From: an uncultured Eubacteriales bacterium
Lineage (GTDB): Bacteria; Bacillota; Sulfobacillia; Fermentithermobacillales; Fermentithermobacillaceae
NCBI GenBank assembly: GCA_964406505.1
Contig: CAYORX010000007.1
Location: forward strand, 10,841-74,840
Direction: 5' to 3'
Length of the DNA: 64,000 bases
Shown here one piece after another: positions 48,247-56,583 of the stretch (positions are counted from its first letter, which is position 1; each line of letters begins with the position of its first letter). The notes beneath the pieces were generated by a model, which was given only the letters and a program-made list of their open reading frames with translations, was not told where the DNA came from and did not search any database. A program made the position numbers and the translations under genes.

Positions 48247-49206
48247 TTACCTCTTCTCGAATTGATTTCCATTAGATGATCTTGTACGATACATATCCCA
48301 TGCATTTATGAAATCTATCTTCGCTTTAGTAATCACATCCCAAGGATTTTCCTCCGACCGCGGCTTTACCTCAAGTGACATGCTAGGGCGCCTATTGCCA
48401 TCCCAAAGCGTATGATTTAATGCGGTTTGAATAAATCGACTAAGATCCAGTACGCTTACTCTGCTGCCAGGAATTCCAAAAGGCGGATGCTGATCACCAT
48501 AAAGCGGATGCGTAGAATCATCAACCACTGCATTTGCCAAATGAATGTGACATACAAACCCGGCGCATTGCGTAAAAACACTTTCCGGCTGTTCGTTAAG
48601 CTGCTGAATATGAGATTGGTCGACGACTAAGCCAAAATTATCGTAATCGCGGCGAACTTCTTTTGCGAATACTGAAGTTTCAGAAAAAGGTCCCAATAGT
48701 TGTTTGTGCTGTACGGCTCTATCTGCCGGCTCAAGTGCAACAACTAATTCTTTGTGAGTAGATTTGGTCCGTGCATACGAACATAAACTTTTCATGGAAC
48801 TATATAAAGCTGAATACGCCTGCTCACGTTTCTGGGGGTCGGGATCAGGACCGCTAATAAAGAACACTGTTTCAGCCCCCAAAGAAAGAGCCTCGTCAAT
48901 TAGTTCCTTACCGCGACTTACTGCGCTCTTTCGCAAATCCGAATCTAATGTTGAAAGGTTATACTCATTAAAAACCATAGGGGGAATTGCTGAAAATATT
49001 ACCCGTATACCAAAATGACGCAAGATTTCGGCAACACGTTTGCGAGCGTTAAAATCTTCAATATGAGTAATATCAATAACCGTAAAATCACTATCGTTTA
49101 GGCATTGCTCGAGATTATCTACTATGGGTCCTTTCCCTTCAATAGTATCCAAATAACTCATATAGTGGACTACACCCAAATCGAGCGTATTTTTCCAACC
49201 GGCCAT
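48247..49206 (-). CDS. sugar-phosphate isomerase/epimerase (xylose-isomerase-like TIM barrel) family protein
   Basis: ~320 aa. Start ATG at 49206 (MAGWKN..) behind AAGGAGGAA. Family assignment by overall pattern only. Confidence 0.45.
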   Translation of the reverse strand: MAGWKNTLDLGVVHYMSYLDTIEGKGPIVDNLEQCLNDSDFTVIDITHIEDFNARKRVAEILRHFGIRVIFSAIPPMVFNEYNLSTLDSDLRKSAVSRGKELIDEALSLGAETVFFISGPDPDPQKREQAYSALYSSMKSLCSYARTKSTHKELVVALEPADRAVQHKQLLGPFSETSVFAKEVRRDYDNFGLVVDQSHIQQLNEQPESVFTQCAGFVCHIHLANAVVDDSTHPLYGDQHPPFGIPGSRVSVLDLSRFIQTALNHTLWDGNRRPSMSLEVKPRSEENPWDVITKAKIDFINAWDMYRTRSSNGNQFEKR

Positions 49207-49239
49207 TAGTGCTTCCTCCTTAAACATTTTCGTTACATA

Positions 49240-50478
49240 TCAGATAATGCCAAGTTGTTTTCCAACTTTTTCGAATCGCGATAACGCAAATTCCATATCC
49301 TCCATGGTATGTTCCGAAGAAACTTGCACTCTTACCCTTGCCTGACCTTTAGGGGTGACCGGATAACCAAATCCAGGAGCAAAAACTCCTTCATCAAACA
49401 GTTTACGCCCCATTTCCATAGTTTTCTCAGTATCCCGAATAAGTATCGGAATTACGCCAGTATCTTCTCCCAAAATTTCAAAACCGAATCCTTTTAGGGA
49501 CTCACGGAAAAACTGCGCATTTGACTGAAGTCGTTTGATAAATGAAGGATCGGTTTTCAAAAGATCAATAGAGGCAATATTCGCGCTTACCACGGCAGGG
49601 GGCAGCGCGTTCGTAAATATGAAAATTCTTGCGTTATTGATAAGATAATCTATAACCTCGCGACTAGCTGCAACATACCCGCCTACCGTACCGCCAAGAG
49701 CTTTCCCCAAAGTGCCTGTAATAACGTCTACCTGTCCAATCACATCGAAATATTCGGGAGTTCCACGCCCAGTTTTACCTACAACTCCTGCAGCATGTGC
49801 TTCATCACAAACGATAAAAGATGAGTGTCGACGTGCTATTTTTACCAACTCATCAAGGGGCACCATATCGCCATCAAAACTAAAAACTCCGTCCGTCACG
49901 ATCATTTTTAGCCCTTTGCAATCCGATTCTTCTTCAAGCATACGTTCTAGCGTAGCCATATCATTGTGAGGATAAACCTTTAAATCAGCCTTGCTCATAC
50001 GGCAGCCGTCGATGATACTAGCATGGTTGAGCTGATCGCTGAAAATTATATCGCCCTCTCCTGCTAGAGTGGAAATAGTTCCGATATTGGCAGAATAGCA
50101 AGAGTGATATAAAAGTGCTGCTTCAGTCCCTGACAATTCAGCCAAACGTCGTTCTAGTTGTTCGTGAAGTATATTAGTGCCACATAGTGTTCGACCTGCA
50201 GCCATTCCACAACCATATTTTTTGATGGCTTCGATGGCAGCCTGGCGAGGCTCAGGTCTCGATAAAAAATTGTGATAGTTGTTTGAAGCAAGCATTAAAA
50301 GTTGACGACCTTCTATCTCAACTTTAGGCCCCTGGGCTGATTCCAACACATCCCATCGGCTGAACAAACCAGATTCTTTACGTCGGTGATTAGATTTTTT
50401 ACATCTTTCATAAAGCCCTAGATCTAACATGGACTGTCCTTGTCCTTCGTCTAATAAATCTTTCCCATCGCCAATCAT
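49240..50478 (-). CDS. kbl: 2-amino-3-ketobutyrate CoA ligase (glycine C-acetyltransferase)
   Basis: ..FSDQLNHASIIDGCRMSKADLKVYPHNDM.. and C-terminal GFGYPVTPKGQARVRVQVSSEHT....GKQLGII are near-identical in pattern to E. coli Kbl. ATG at 50478 behind GGGAGGG. Confidence 0.85.
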   Translation of the reverse strand: MIGDGKDLLDEGQGQSMLDLGLYERCKKSNHRRKESGLFSRWDVLESAQGPKVEIEGRQLLMLASNNYHNFLSRPEPRQAAIEAIKKYGCGMAAGRTLCGTNILHEQLERRLAELSGTEAALLYHSCYSANIGTISTLAGEGDIIFSDQLNHASIIDGCRMSKADLKVYPHNDMATLERMLEEESDCKGLKMIVTDGVFSFDGDMVPLDELVKIARRHSSFIVCDEAHAAGVVGKTGRGTPEYFDVIGQVDVITGTLGKALGGTVGGYVAASREVIDYLINNARIFIFTNALPPAVVSANIASIDLLKTDPSFIKRLQSNAQFFRESLKGFGFEILGEDTGVIPILIRDTEKTMEMGRKLFDEGVFAPGFGYPVTPKGQARVRVQVSSEHTMEDMEFALSRFEKVGKQLGII

Positions 50479-50734
50479 GTAATACCCTCCCAAATTTATG
50501 CGCCCATGATTATAAGATAACTCGGATTACTGAAAACAGTTCAATATAGGTAGTTGGCTATATATTCAACTAAACCGATGCAGTAACCTATGCCTCACAA
50601 GATAAAGTGCCTTGACTTAACTAACCTAGAAGACAGAAGCAATCTAGTATTAGTTATGCATCTTTGTTGGGGAATCTATGAAAAGCGATAAAAACCAATT
50701 CTACTAACGTTGAAAGGTGAGGACCGAACTTGCT

Positions 50735-51709
50735 TTAAAAATTTACCGTTCTACGTTTTAAAGCACCTTTAAGTATTAATTCTATGAGCTCTGGATATCG
50801 AAGCCCTGCCTTTTCTGCAATTCTAGCCACCTCGCTGTAGTTTGGCATTAACCCTGGCAAGGTATTAATTTCTAAAACATATGGAAGTCCATTTTGGCAA
50901 ACTCTAATGTCGATTCTAGCGATATCCCGACATCTAATAGAGTTAAAAGCTCTTTTTGCAATATCTTTAATAGTTTGATTAAGGCTTTGCGGAATTTGGG
51001 CAGGGCAAACGACAGTAACTTCATCGCGTATTTTAGCATCATAAGTAAACATTTGACCCACATCAAACATAATTTCCTGAACAGGTAAAATCCAAGGCTC
51101 TGGGTACCCCACTACAGCCACGGTAAACTCCCGCCCAGAAATAAACTGCTCTACAAGTACCGGCGGTTCAAAAGTATTCAAAAGTTCCACTACCAATTTT
51201 CGAACATCTTCCGGATCCTCAATAACGCTTTGCGAAGATATTCCTAAACTAGAGCCTTCCGCGTCGGGTTTTACAATAACCGGAAACTCAATTTCTGATA
51301 TCATTTCAATCTTGTTCGCCTGATTGATATTGGTGAAAACCTGAAATTTTGGTGTGGGCACTTTATGCATTTTAAAATTCATTTTAGCTAAATGTTTAAA
51401 CAGACCCAATACATGGGTCGTAAAAGTTGAGCCTGTAAATGGGATACCGCTGAGTTCGAGCATGGCGACTACATTAGCTTGTTGTTTCTTAGTGTGATAA
51501 CTAGTGGCTAAGTTGAATATTGCATCAGGAGATAATTTCTTTAATTCCAATAAAAGCCTAGGGCCAACTTCAATGACTTCGACCCTGTAACCTAACTCAT
51601 ATAATGCACTCGATACGGCTTTACATGTTGATTCGGTCTGGTATTTGGCATAACGATCATATCCACTAAATCTAGAGGTATTTAAATTGGCGACAATAGC
51701 AATAAGCAA
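50735..51709 (-). CDS. D-alanine--D-alanine ligase family ATP-grasp protein
   Basis: ..PVIVKPDAEGSSLGIS.., ..ISGREFTVAVVG.., ..YDAKIRD.., ..EINTLPGL.. are colinear with Ddl motifs. The N-terminal domain is atypical. Confidence 0.7.
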   Translation of the reverse strand: MLIAIVANLNTSRFSGYDRYAKYQTESTCKAVSSALYELGYRVEVIEVGPRLLLELKKLSPDAIFNLATSYHTKKQQANVVAMLELSGIPFTGSTFTTHVLGLFKHLAKMNFKMHKVPTPKFQVFTNINQANKIEMISEIEFPVIVKPDAEGSSLGISSQSVIEDPEDVRKLVVELLNTFEPPVLVEQFISGREFTVAVVGYPEPWILPVQEIMFDVGQMFTYDAKIRDEVTVVCPAQIPQSLNQTIKDIAKRAFNSIRCRDIARIDIRVCQNGLPYVLEINTLPGLMPNYSEVARIAEKAGLRYPELIELILKGALKRRTVNF

Positions 51710-51900
51710 AGTATCATCCCCTTTTGGATTTGATTAAAGAAAAACGGCAGGAATTCGATTAGGTGTTGAGCCGTGCTTTGAAAATTCCAAATCATCGCAT
51801 ATTAAGCGGCGTTTACCCGTATCCAAATTATATAAAATTTTGGGTTTTTTCGCAATGTGAGTAACTTTCAAACTTAGATAAATTCAAATAAACACAAATA

Positions 51901-51944
51901 TTGAGGGTGCTTAAAGAAATTTTTAAACTTATCTGCACCCTCAA
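51901..51944 (-). terminator. rho-independent terminator after cassette copy 2
   Basis: TTGAGGGTGC-24 nt-GCACCCTCAA with a 10-bp perfect stem. On the minus strand it is followed by TATTTGTGTTTATTTG. Confidence 0.55.
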
Positions 51945-51982
51945 CCGAGTTTTGTTAATATGATTTTATTGGAATCGCGGTA

Positions 51983-52576
51983 CTATTTTATAATTCCCAA
52001 CCAATCGCCAAGAATAAACTGTATTCTACCGATCATAAGCGCCATTCGACCCATAACGGTAGTGCCAAAAGCGGCTCCGAATGCCACCATCAATACCATT
52101 CGACCTGAGCGAGGCAAGATACTTATAGGCCCTTTTAGCTCCTTAGAGAAAAAGAAATAACTTAGCGATGCGATTACAAACAACAAGAGCAACACTTCGT
52201 CAACGCTGCCAACTCTAATGGTAGCCCCCATTTGCTGGGTAAAATCACCATGGATTGCTCCGCGCACCGCTACACCTGTTCCAATTCCTACCATAACCGC
52301 AACAGGATATCTAGCAAGCCAGGCTTCTTTGGTATACCTAGCATATAGAAGTACGCCAAGTAGCATGGGAAGAACCCATACCATTTCTCCGGCTGCTATG
52401 GGCTGAAACGCTGAATCCCTAACATTGGTGTAAGCCATTACAACCGCATGACCTGCACTAATGCCAACGTATAAGTGTTCCGCCGAGCGATAGAAGGGGT
52501 TTTCTTTCCACACCAGGCTTAGTATCGCAATAGTAATTAAACTTGCTATCCAAGTACCAATATTTAAACTCATCAA
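51983..52576 (-). CDS. uncharacterised polytopic membrane protein; cassette gene D, copy 2
   Basis: 197 aa, ~5-6 TM. Paralog of the partial gene at 1..462. The C-terminal G.R..M...A.G...GT.VMGRMALMIG block resembles the C-terminus of cassette gene B. Confidence 0.6.
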   Translation of the reverse strand: MMSLNIGTWIASLITIAILSLVWKENPFYRSAEHLYVGISAGHAVVMAYTNVRDSAFQPIAAGEMVWVLPMLLGVLLYARYTKEAWLARYPVAVMVGIGTGVAVRGAIHGDFTQQMGATIRVGSVDEVLLLLFVIASLSYFFFSKELKGPISILPRSGRMVLMVAFGAAFGTTVMGRMALMIGRIQFILGDWLGIIK

Positions 52577-53425
52577 CTACACACCCCTTCCTGTGTGGCC
52601 GTCAGCTGATTTTTGCTGCAAAGCGTCACCGATGTTCCGAAGTATAATCAGCACTATAATCAACAAGTGAGCTAAAGACTGCGCATCCATTGCAGCTACT
52701 GCACTGCCCGGATCATCTAACAATAGCTCATACTCCGCAGCACCGGGAAGACCACCAAGCGTACCTAACACTTGTTTAGCATGTACATATGGCGCCACCT
52801 GAGTAATGGCAACGGCTGGTACACCGCAGACTAAAGGTGTTTTATAAGCACCATAAACTTGGCGCACGTAATCTTCGGGTCCCGGAGATCCCGGTGCAAT
52901 AGTGACAATCATGTCTAGATCTCCAGCGTCCTTAATGCCTTGCATAATTGGAAAAGATGAACTGGCAGCCCCAGAATAATCGGTGCTAAACGTTCCCACA
53001 ACATCTGACGCAAAAGCAGCGATTGCACCTTGCCCTCCGGCCCTGAAACCAAGATTGACATAATCTACTCCGTATTCTTTTTGCTCTGTCCATCCAGTAA
53101 GTTCAAAAGCTTTTTCAGCCATTAAAGGCCCATATTGAAAGAATGAAAGTCCAATTACCTTCACGTCCTTTTCAAGCAAATGCTTTAAAACAGCAAAAGC
53201 TTGAGGTTCCATTTCCGCCGCGCTGCCTGGTGAATAATCGAATCCAAAAACCACAGAAGAACCGGGTTCAAGGGCATCTATTACATTATATGAGTTCTGA
53301 GTATCACGACTAATCTTTATCGGTATGCCAATAGGCTTAATTAAAGGCCCGGCCAGCACGACTAACAAAATCACATACATCCACGTTTTAGGGATTGACT
53401 GTAGGCGTTCTATCATTGTATGCAC
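52577..53425 (-). CDS. uncharacterised bitopic membrane protein; cassette gene C, copy 2
   Basis: 282 aa. N-TM, soluble domain, C-TM (..AMDAQSLAHLLIIVLIIL). SD TAGGAGGTG before the ATG. Confidence 0.6.
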   Translation of the reverse strand: MHTMIERLQSIPKTWMYVILLVVLAGPLIKPIGIPIKISRDTQNSYNVIDALEPGSSVVFGFDYSPGSAAEMEPQAFAVLKHLLEKDVKVIGLSFFQYGPLMAEKAFELTGWTEQKEYGVDYVNLGFRAGGQGAIAAFASDVVGTFSTDYSGAASSSFPIMQGIKDAGDLDMIVTIAPGSPGPEDYVRQVYGAYKTPLVCGVPAVAITQVAPYVHAKQVLGTLGGLPGAAEYELLLDDPGSAVAAMDAQSLAHLLIIVLIILRNIGDALQQKSADGHTGRGV

Positions 53426-53428
53426 CTC

Positions 53429-54061
53429 CTAATCCCGTTGTCCAAGATAACTTTTGTCTATGCCTAAAAACATCTTCATAGCTGTTGATACTACTCCGAG
53501 AGCAGCTCCCATCATGATAGCCCTCATACCAGCAGTGTTTGGAACTTCTTGTATCCAATCACTGGCTACAGGAAAAAAATCTGAAATAATGCTACCGATA
53601 GGTGCCTTACCCAACATAACGATTATGGCAGTTGTTAAAAGTAGCCACCCTTCAACCCCTTTAGCTGAAAACGATCTATAAGCAGCAGTGACGATATAGA
53701 AGGCAATGGTAGAATACATGGTGGCTGAAGCGGGCGACATAATATTAGAGTATAAAAAGTCGTAGGCATCGCTTGAAGGTCCAAACGCAATACCAAAAAT
53801 TATCATAATTATCATCGAGCCAACCAAAAGTATGCTATAAAATGAGTCTTTATCTCGCTTTACAATCGTACCAGAGTGCCTACGTATAAGGTTTACCGCC
53901 CCAAGCCCCATAGCAAACGCAGAGATGATAATACCCCAAGATCTCATCACTATAGCTACCTGGCTTATCCAGGCAACTGCCGGAACGCTTGCTACAAAAA
54001 AGTCTAATATCATAATCAACGCAATTACTGTCATTATTATGACTGGCAAAGTAGTTTTCAA
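53429..54061 (-). CDS. uncharacterised polytopic membrane protein; cassette gene B, copy 2
   Basis: 210 aa, hydrophobic. Paralog of 1327..1947. Confidence 0.6.
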   Translation of the reverse strand: MKTTLPVIIMTVIALIMILDFFVASVPAVAWISQVAIVMRSWGIIISAFAMGLGAVNLIRRHSGTIVKRDKDSFYSILLVGSMIIMIIFGIAFGPSSDAYDFLYSNIMSPASATMYSTIAFYIVTAAYRSFSAKGVEGWLLLTTAIIVMLGKAPIGSIISDFFPVASDWIQEVPNTAGMRAIMMGAALGVVSTAMKMFLGIDKSYLGQRD

Positions 54062-54091
54062 ATCAACCTCACCTCCGTGCTTCTCTAAAAT

Positions 54092-54868
54092 TTACATATT
54101 CATCAAGTTGACAATTGCCTCGCTACCGAAAACTAAAAACACGGCTCCCAAAGCCATTATTCCAATTACAAGCACTTTAGCGAGATCTTGGCCCATCACA
54201 ACGGCCAACTCAACCGGATTGCCGGATAGATAAGCGCTAGCAGCATATATTTCTTCACCTATCAAACAATAGTCTGAAGCTACAACCAAAAATGGAAGCT
54301 GAGCTACTGTGGCTGAACCAGTTACCTGTATACCACCAGACTGAGCCCCGGCTTCTGTCAAAAGCAATGCCTCAGCCAGCCAAGAACCGATCATGATGTT
54401 CGCCGCTACCTTTTCGCGGTACATAATCCCCACCGCGGCAGCGGCATAAGCAAACTGTTCAGCACCGATAAATTGAACCATATCGGGTTGGTAATGGTCT
54501 GCTTTTCCTTCGGCAAGAAAACTTTGTTTCACAACATCTTCTGCTACAACATACACATCAGGCAACATTATGGTAGTGATAAGACCAGTATCGTACCTAG
54601 CGCACAACTTAGCCACATACGACAAAACCGATAGCCCTGCCAGAGTCTGCGGTGATCTTTCATGGGTAAGAGCCACAATGCCGGGGCTGAAATGGACAGG
54701 GCGACCCATTTCAGTTGCTCTCCCGACTGCTTCTTCAACAGCGTCCAGAGCAGGCAATCTTCGAATTTGGAATGATTTTCCCTTCCTAGCTGCGTTTATG
54801 CAATAACCAAATATTGAAAATAAAAGTACGAGGGAAATGAATGAGAATTGTTTACCAGCAACTATCAT
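54092..54868 (-). CDS. uncharacterised bitopic membrane protein; cassette gene A, copy 2
   Basis: 258 aa. ATG behind TTTTAGGAGGTG. Paralog of 1961..2752. Confidence 0.6.
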   Translation of the reverse strand: MIVAGKQFSFISLVLLFSIFGYCINAARKGKSFQIRRLPALDAVEEAVGRATEMGRPVHFSPGIVALTHERSPQTLAGLSVLSYVAKLCARYDTGLITTIMLPDVYVVAEDVVKQSFLAEGKADHYQPDMVQFIGAEQFAYAAAAVGIMYREKVAANIMIGSWLAEALLLTEAGAQSGGIQVTGSATVAQLPFLVVASDYCLIGEEIYAASAYLSGNPVELAVVMGQDLAKVLVIGIMALGAVFLVFGSEAIVNLMNM

Positions 54869-55118
54869 AAATACACCTCCTAAAATTTCTGTGGAACCGG
54901 TGTCTTTTTCCCCCCTTTTTTATCAAAATGACCATACACAACTCATGGTAGTACACCCTTGACATAGTCCCCACGAATAAATTCCTGGGATTCTACCATC
55001 ATTGAAGAATGCCTGCTAAACAGGTCTTATAACTTCTCTTGTAAAGGACGATGCCCAAACCCTATAAATTTTAAATCATAACCCTTCACAATACTTAATT
55101 ATTAAAACTACAAGCTGT

Positions 55119-56342
55119 TTATTCAGGTTTAGACTGTAAACGCGCATTTTCAAGATGTTTATTTGCTTTTTGCAACAAATCCGGTTCAAACATTAGATCA
55201 ACAGCGCTCAAGGCCAACACTTTAGCCGCAAGCAAAGTTGCGTCAATACCTTCCACGGTTATCGTATCATCTGCCATCTCCCTTGAATGTCCCCGAGCTT
55301 TCGTCATACCAAATCCGATTTGTATGCAAGGAATTTCCCAAGTTACAGCACCTACATCGGTTACGCCCCCACCTGACTTTCGTTTGTCAGGTATGATTTC
55401 GTGACCGAGAAATTTGAAATATTTCCGGGCTAGCTCTTTTAGGACAGGGTGCTCTAAAGTTTCTTTGAAAAGCGGTTCATAATGTTTGAATTTTACGCTC
55501 GCACCTACGGATGATGCCGCACCTTCTGCACATTGCTTAACTTTGGGCAGGACAGTCTCCTCAAGATAATGTGAGTTCCGAGATCTCACAGTGAATCTAA
55601 CAACTGCTTTATCAGGCACTACATTTGGCGCGTCACCACCATGAGTTATAATACCTGCAAGACGTACATCATCGCGCAAATGATTTCTCATCGTTCTTAT
55701 TTGAGTATATGCGGAAACGCAAGCATCTAATGCATTAATACCTGATCCGGGATTAGCTCCTGCGTGAGCTGATCTACCCAAAAAAGTGATTTGTAAGGGA
55801 TGGGATGCCCAAGAAGAACCACCTAGATGATTAGTTTGGCCTGGATGCGCAATAAAAGCCGCATCCATGTCAGAAAACACTCCCGCCTCGGCCATTACAA
55901 CTTTACCGCCGATAGTCTCCTCGGCGGGTGTTCCCAAAACTATCCACGATCCTTGTATTTCTTCGGGCGGAAATACTTTGTTTACGGCTATACCGGCTGC
56001 AACCGCACAAGAAGCGATAAGATTGTGCCCACAACCATGACCAATTACGGGCAAAGCATCGTATTCAGCAAGAAAAGCGATGCTCGGTCTTTGTGTTCCG
56101 CTTTGGGCTTTAAACGCAGTAGGCATGCCAGCTATCTCCCGCTCTACGTCAAATCCTTTTGACTCAAGAATTTCGGAAAGTTTCGAAGATGCATATACCT
56201 CCTCAAGCCCAAGTTCAGGTTTATTGTACAAAGATTCAGCGATATCCTGTACAAGGGACCTCAAAGAATCGATCTCCTCGATGATTTTCATACGTTTATG
56301 TTCTAGATCTAATTTTTTCTTCTTCGTAGAGTTATCACTCAA
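55119..56342 (-). CDS. M20D-family amidohydrolase (AbgB/hippurate-hydrolase/aminoacylase-like)
   Basis: ..HGCGHNL.., ..GTPAEE.., ..HAG..P..G.NA.. blocks. 407 aa. Confidence 0.75.
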   Translation of the reverse strand: MSDNSTKKKKLDLEHKRMKIIEEIDSLRSLVQDIAESLYNKPELGLEEVYASSKLSEILESKGFDVEREIAGMPTAFKAQSGTQRPSIAFLAEYDALPVIGHGCGHNLIASCAVAAGIAVNKVFPPEEIQGSWIVLGTPAEETIGGKVVMAEAGVFSDMDAAFIAHPGQTNHLGGSSWASHPLQITFLGRSAHAGANPGSGINALDACVSAYTQIRTMRNHLRDDVRLAGIITHGGDAPNVVPDKAVVRFTVRSRNSHYLEETVLPKVKQCAEGAASSVGASVKFKHYEPLFKETLEHPVLKELARKYFKFLGHEIIPDKRKSGGGVTDVGAVTWEIPCIQIGFGMTKARGHSREMADDTITVEGIDATLLAAKVLALSAVDLMFEPDLLQKANKHLENARLQSKPE

Positions 56343-56583
56343 TGTTATCCCCTCACATATTATGAATGCTTTTTAACCCATTAAAAGTATAGATATTTGT
56401 TCTTATATTCTAAATTAACTATGAATTTACCTTTGACATCTTAATTTATTTAACCAAAAATTGCTTAGATTTCGAATTTATTATCTATTCATAGCTATCA
56501 CGCCCATCCCAAGATGTATAGCGCCTTAAATTACCAGTTCACAAAATGCCAGGATCATAGCTCGGCATTTATAAACTTTGGAG

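Noticed and set aside
48247-48305. 58-nt overlap between the acyl-CoA synthetase ORF (track start 48305) and the TIM-barrel gene
   Set aside because: An internal ATG at 48242 (MMRSFFTPKSVAIVGAS, a standard CoA-binding N-terminus) gives a 4-nt gap instead. The longer N-terminus is an ORF-caller extension.
54869-55118. Riboswitch or leader upstream of cassette copy 2 (250-nt intergenic region)
   Set aside because: I saw no recognisable riboswitch consensus and no convincing promoter hexamers. The equivalent region of copy 1 shares only the short GAAAT(C/T)T..GGAGGTG stretch beside the SD.
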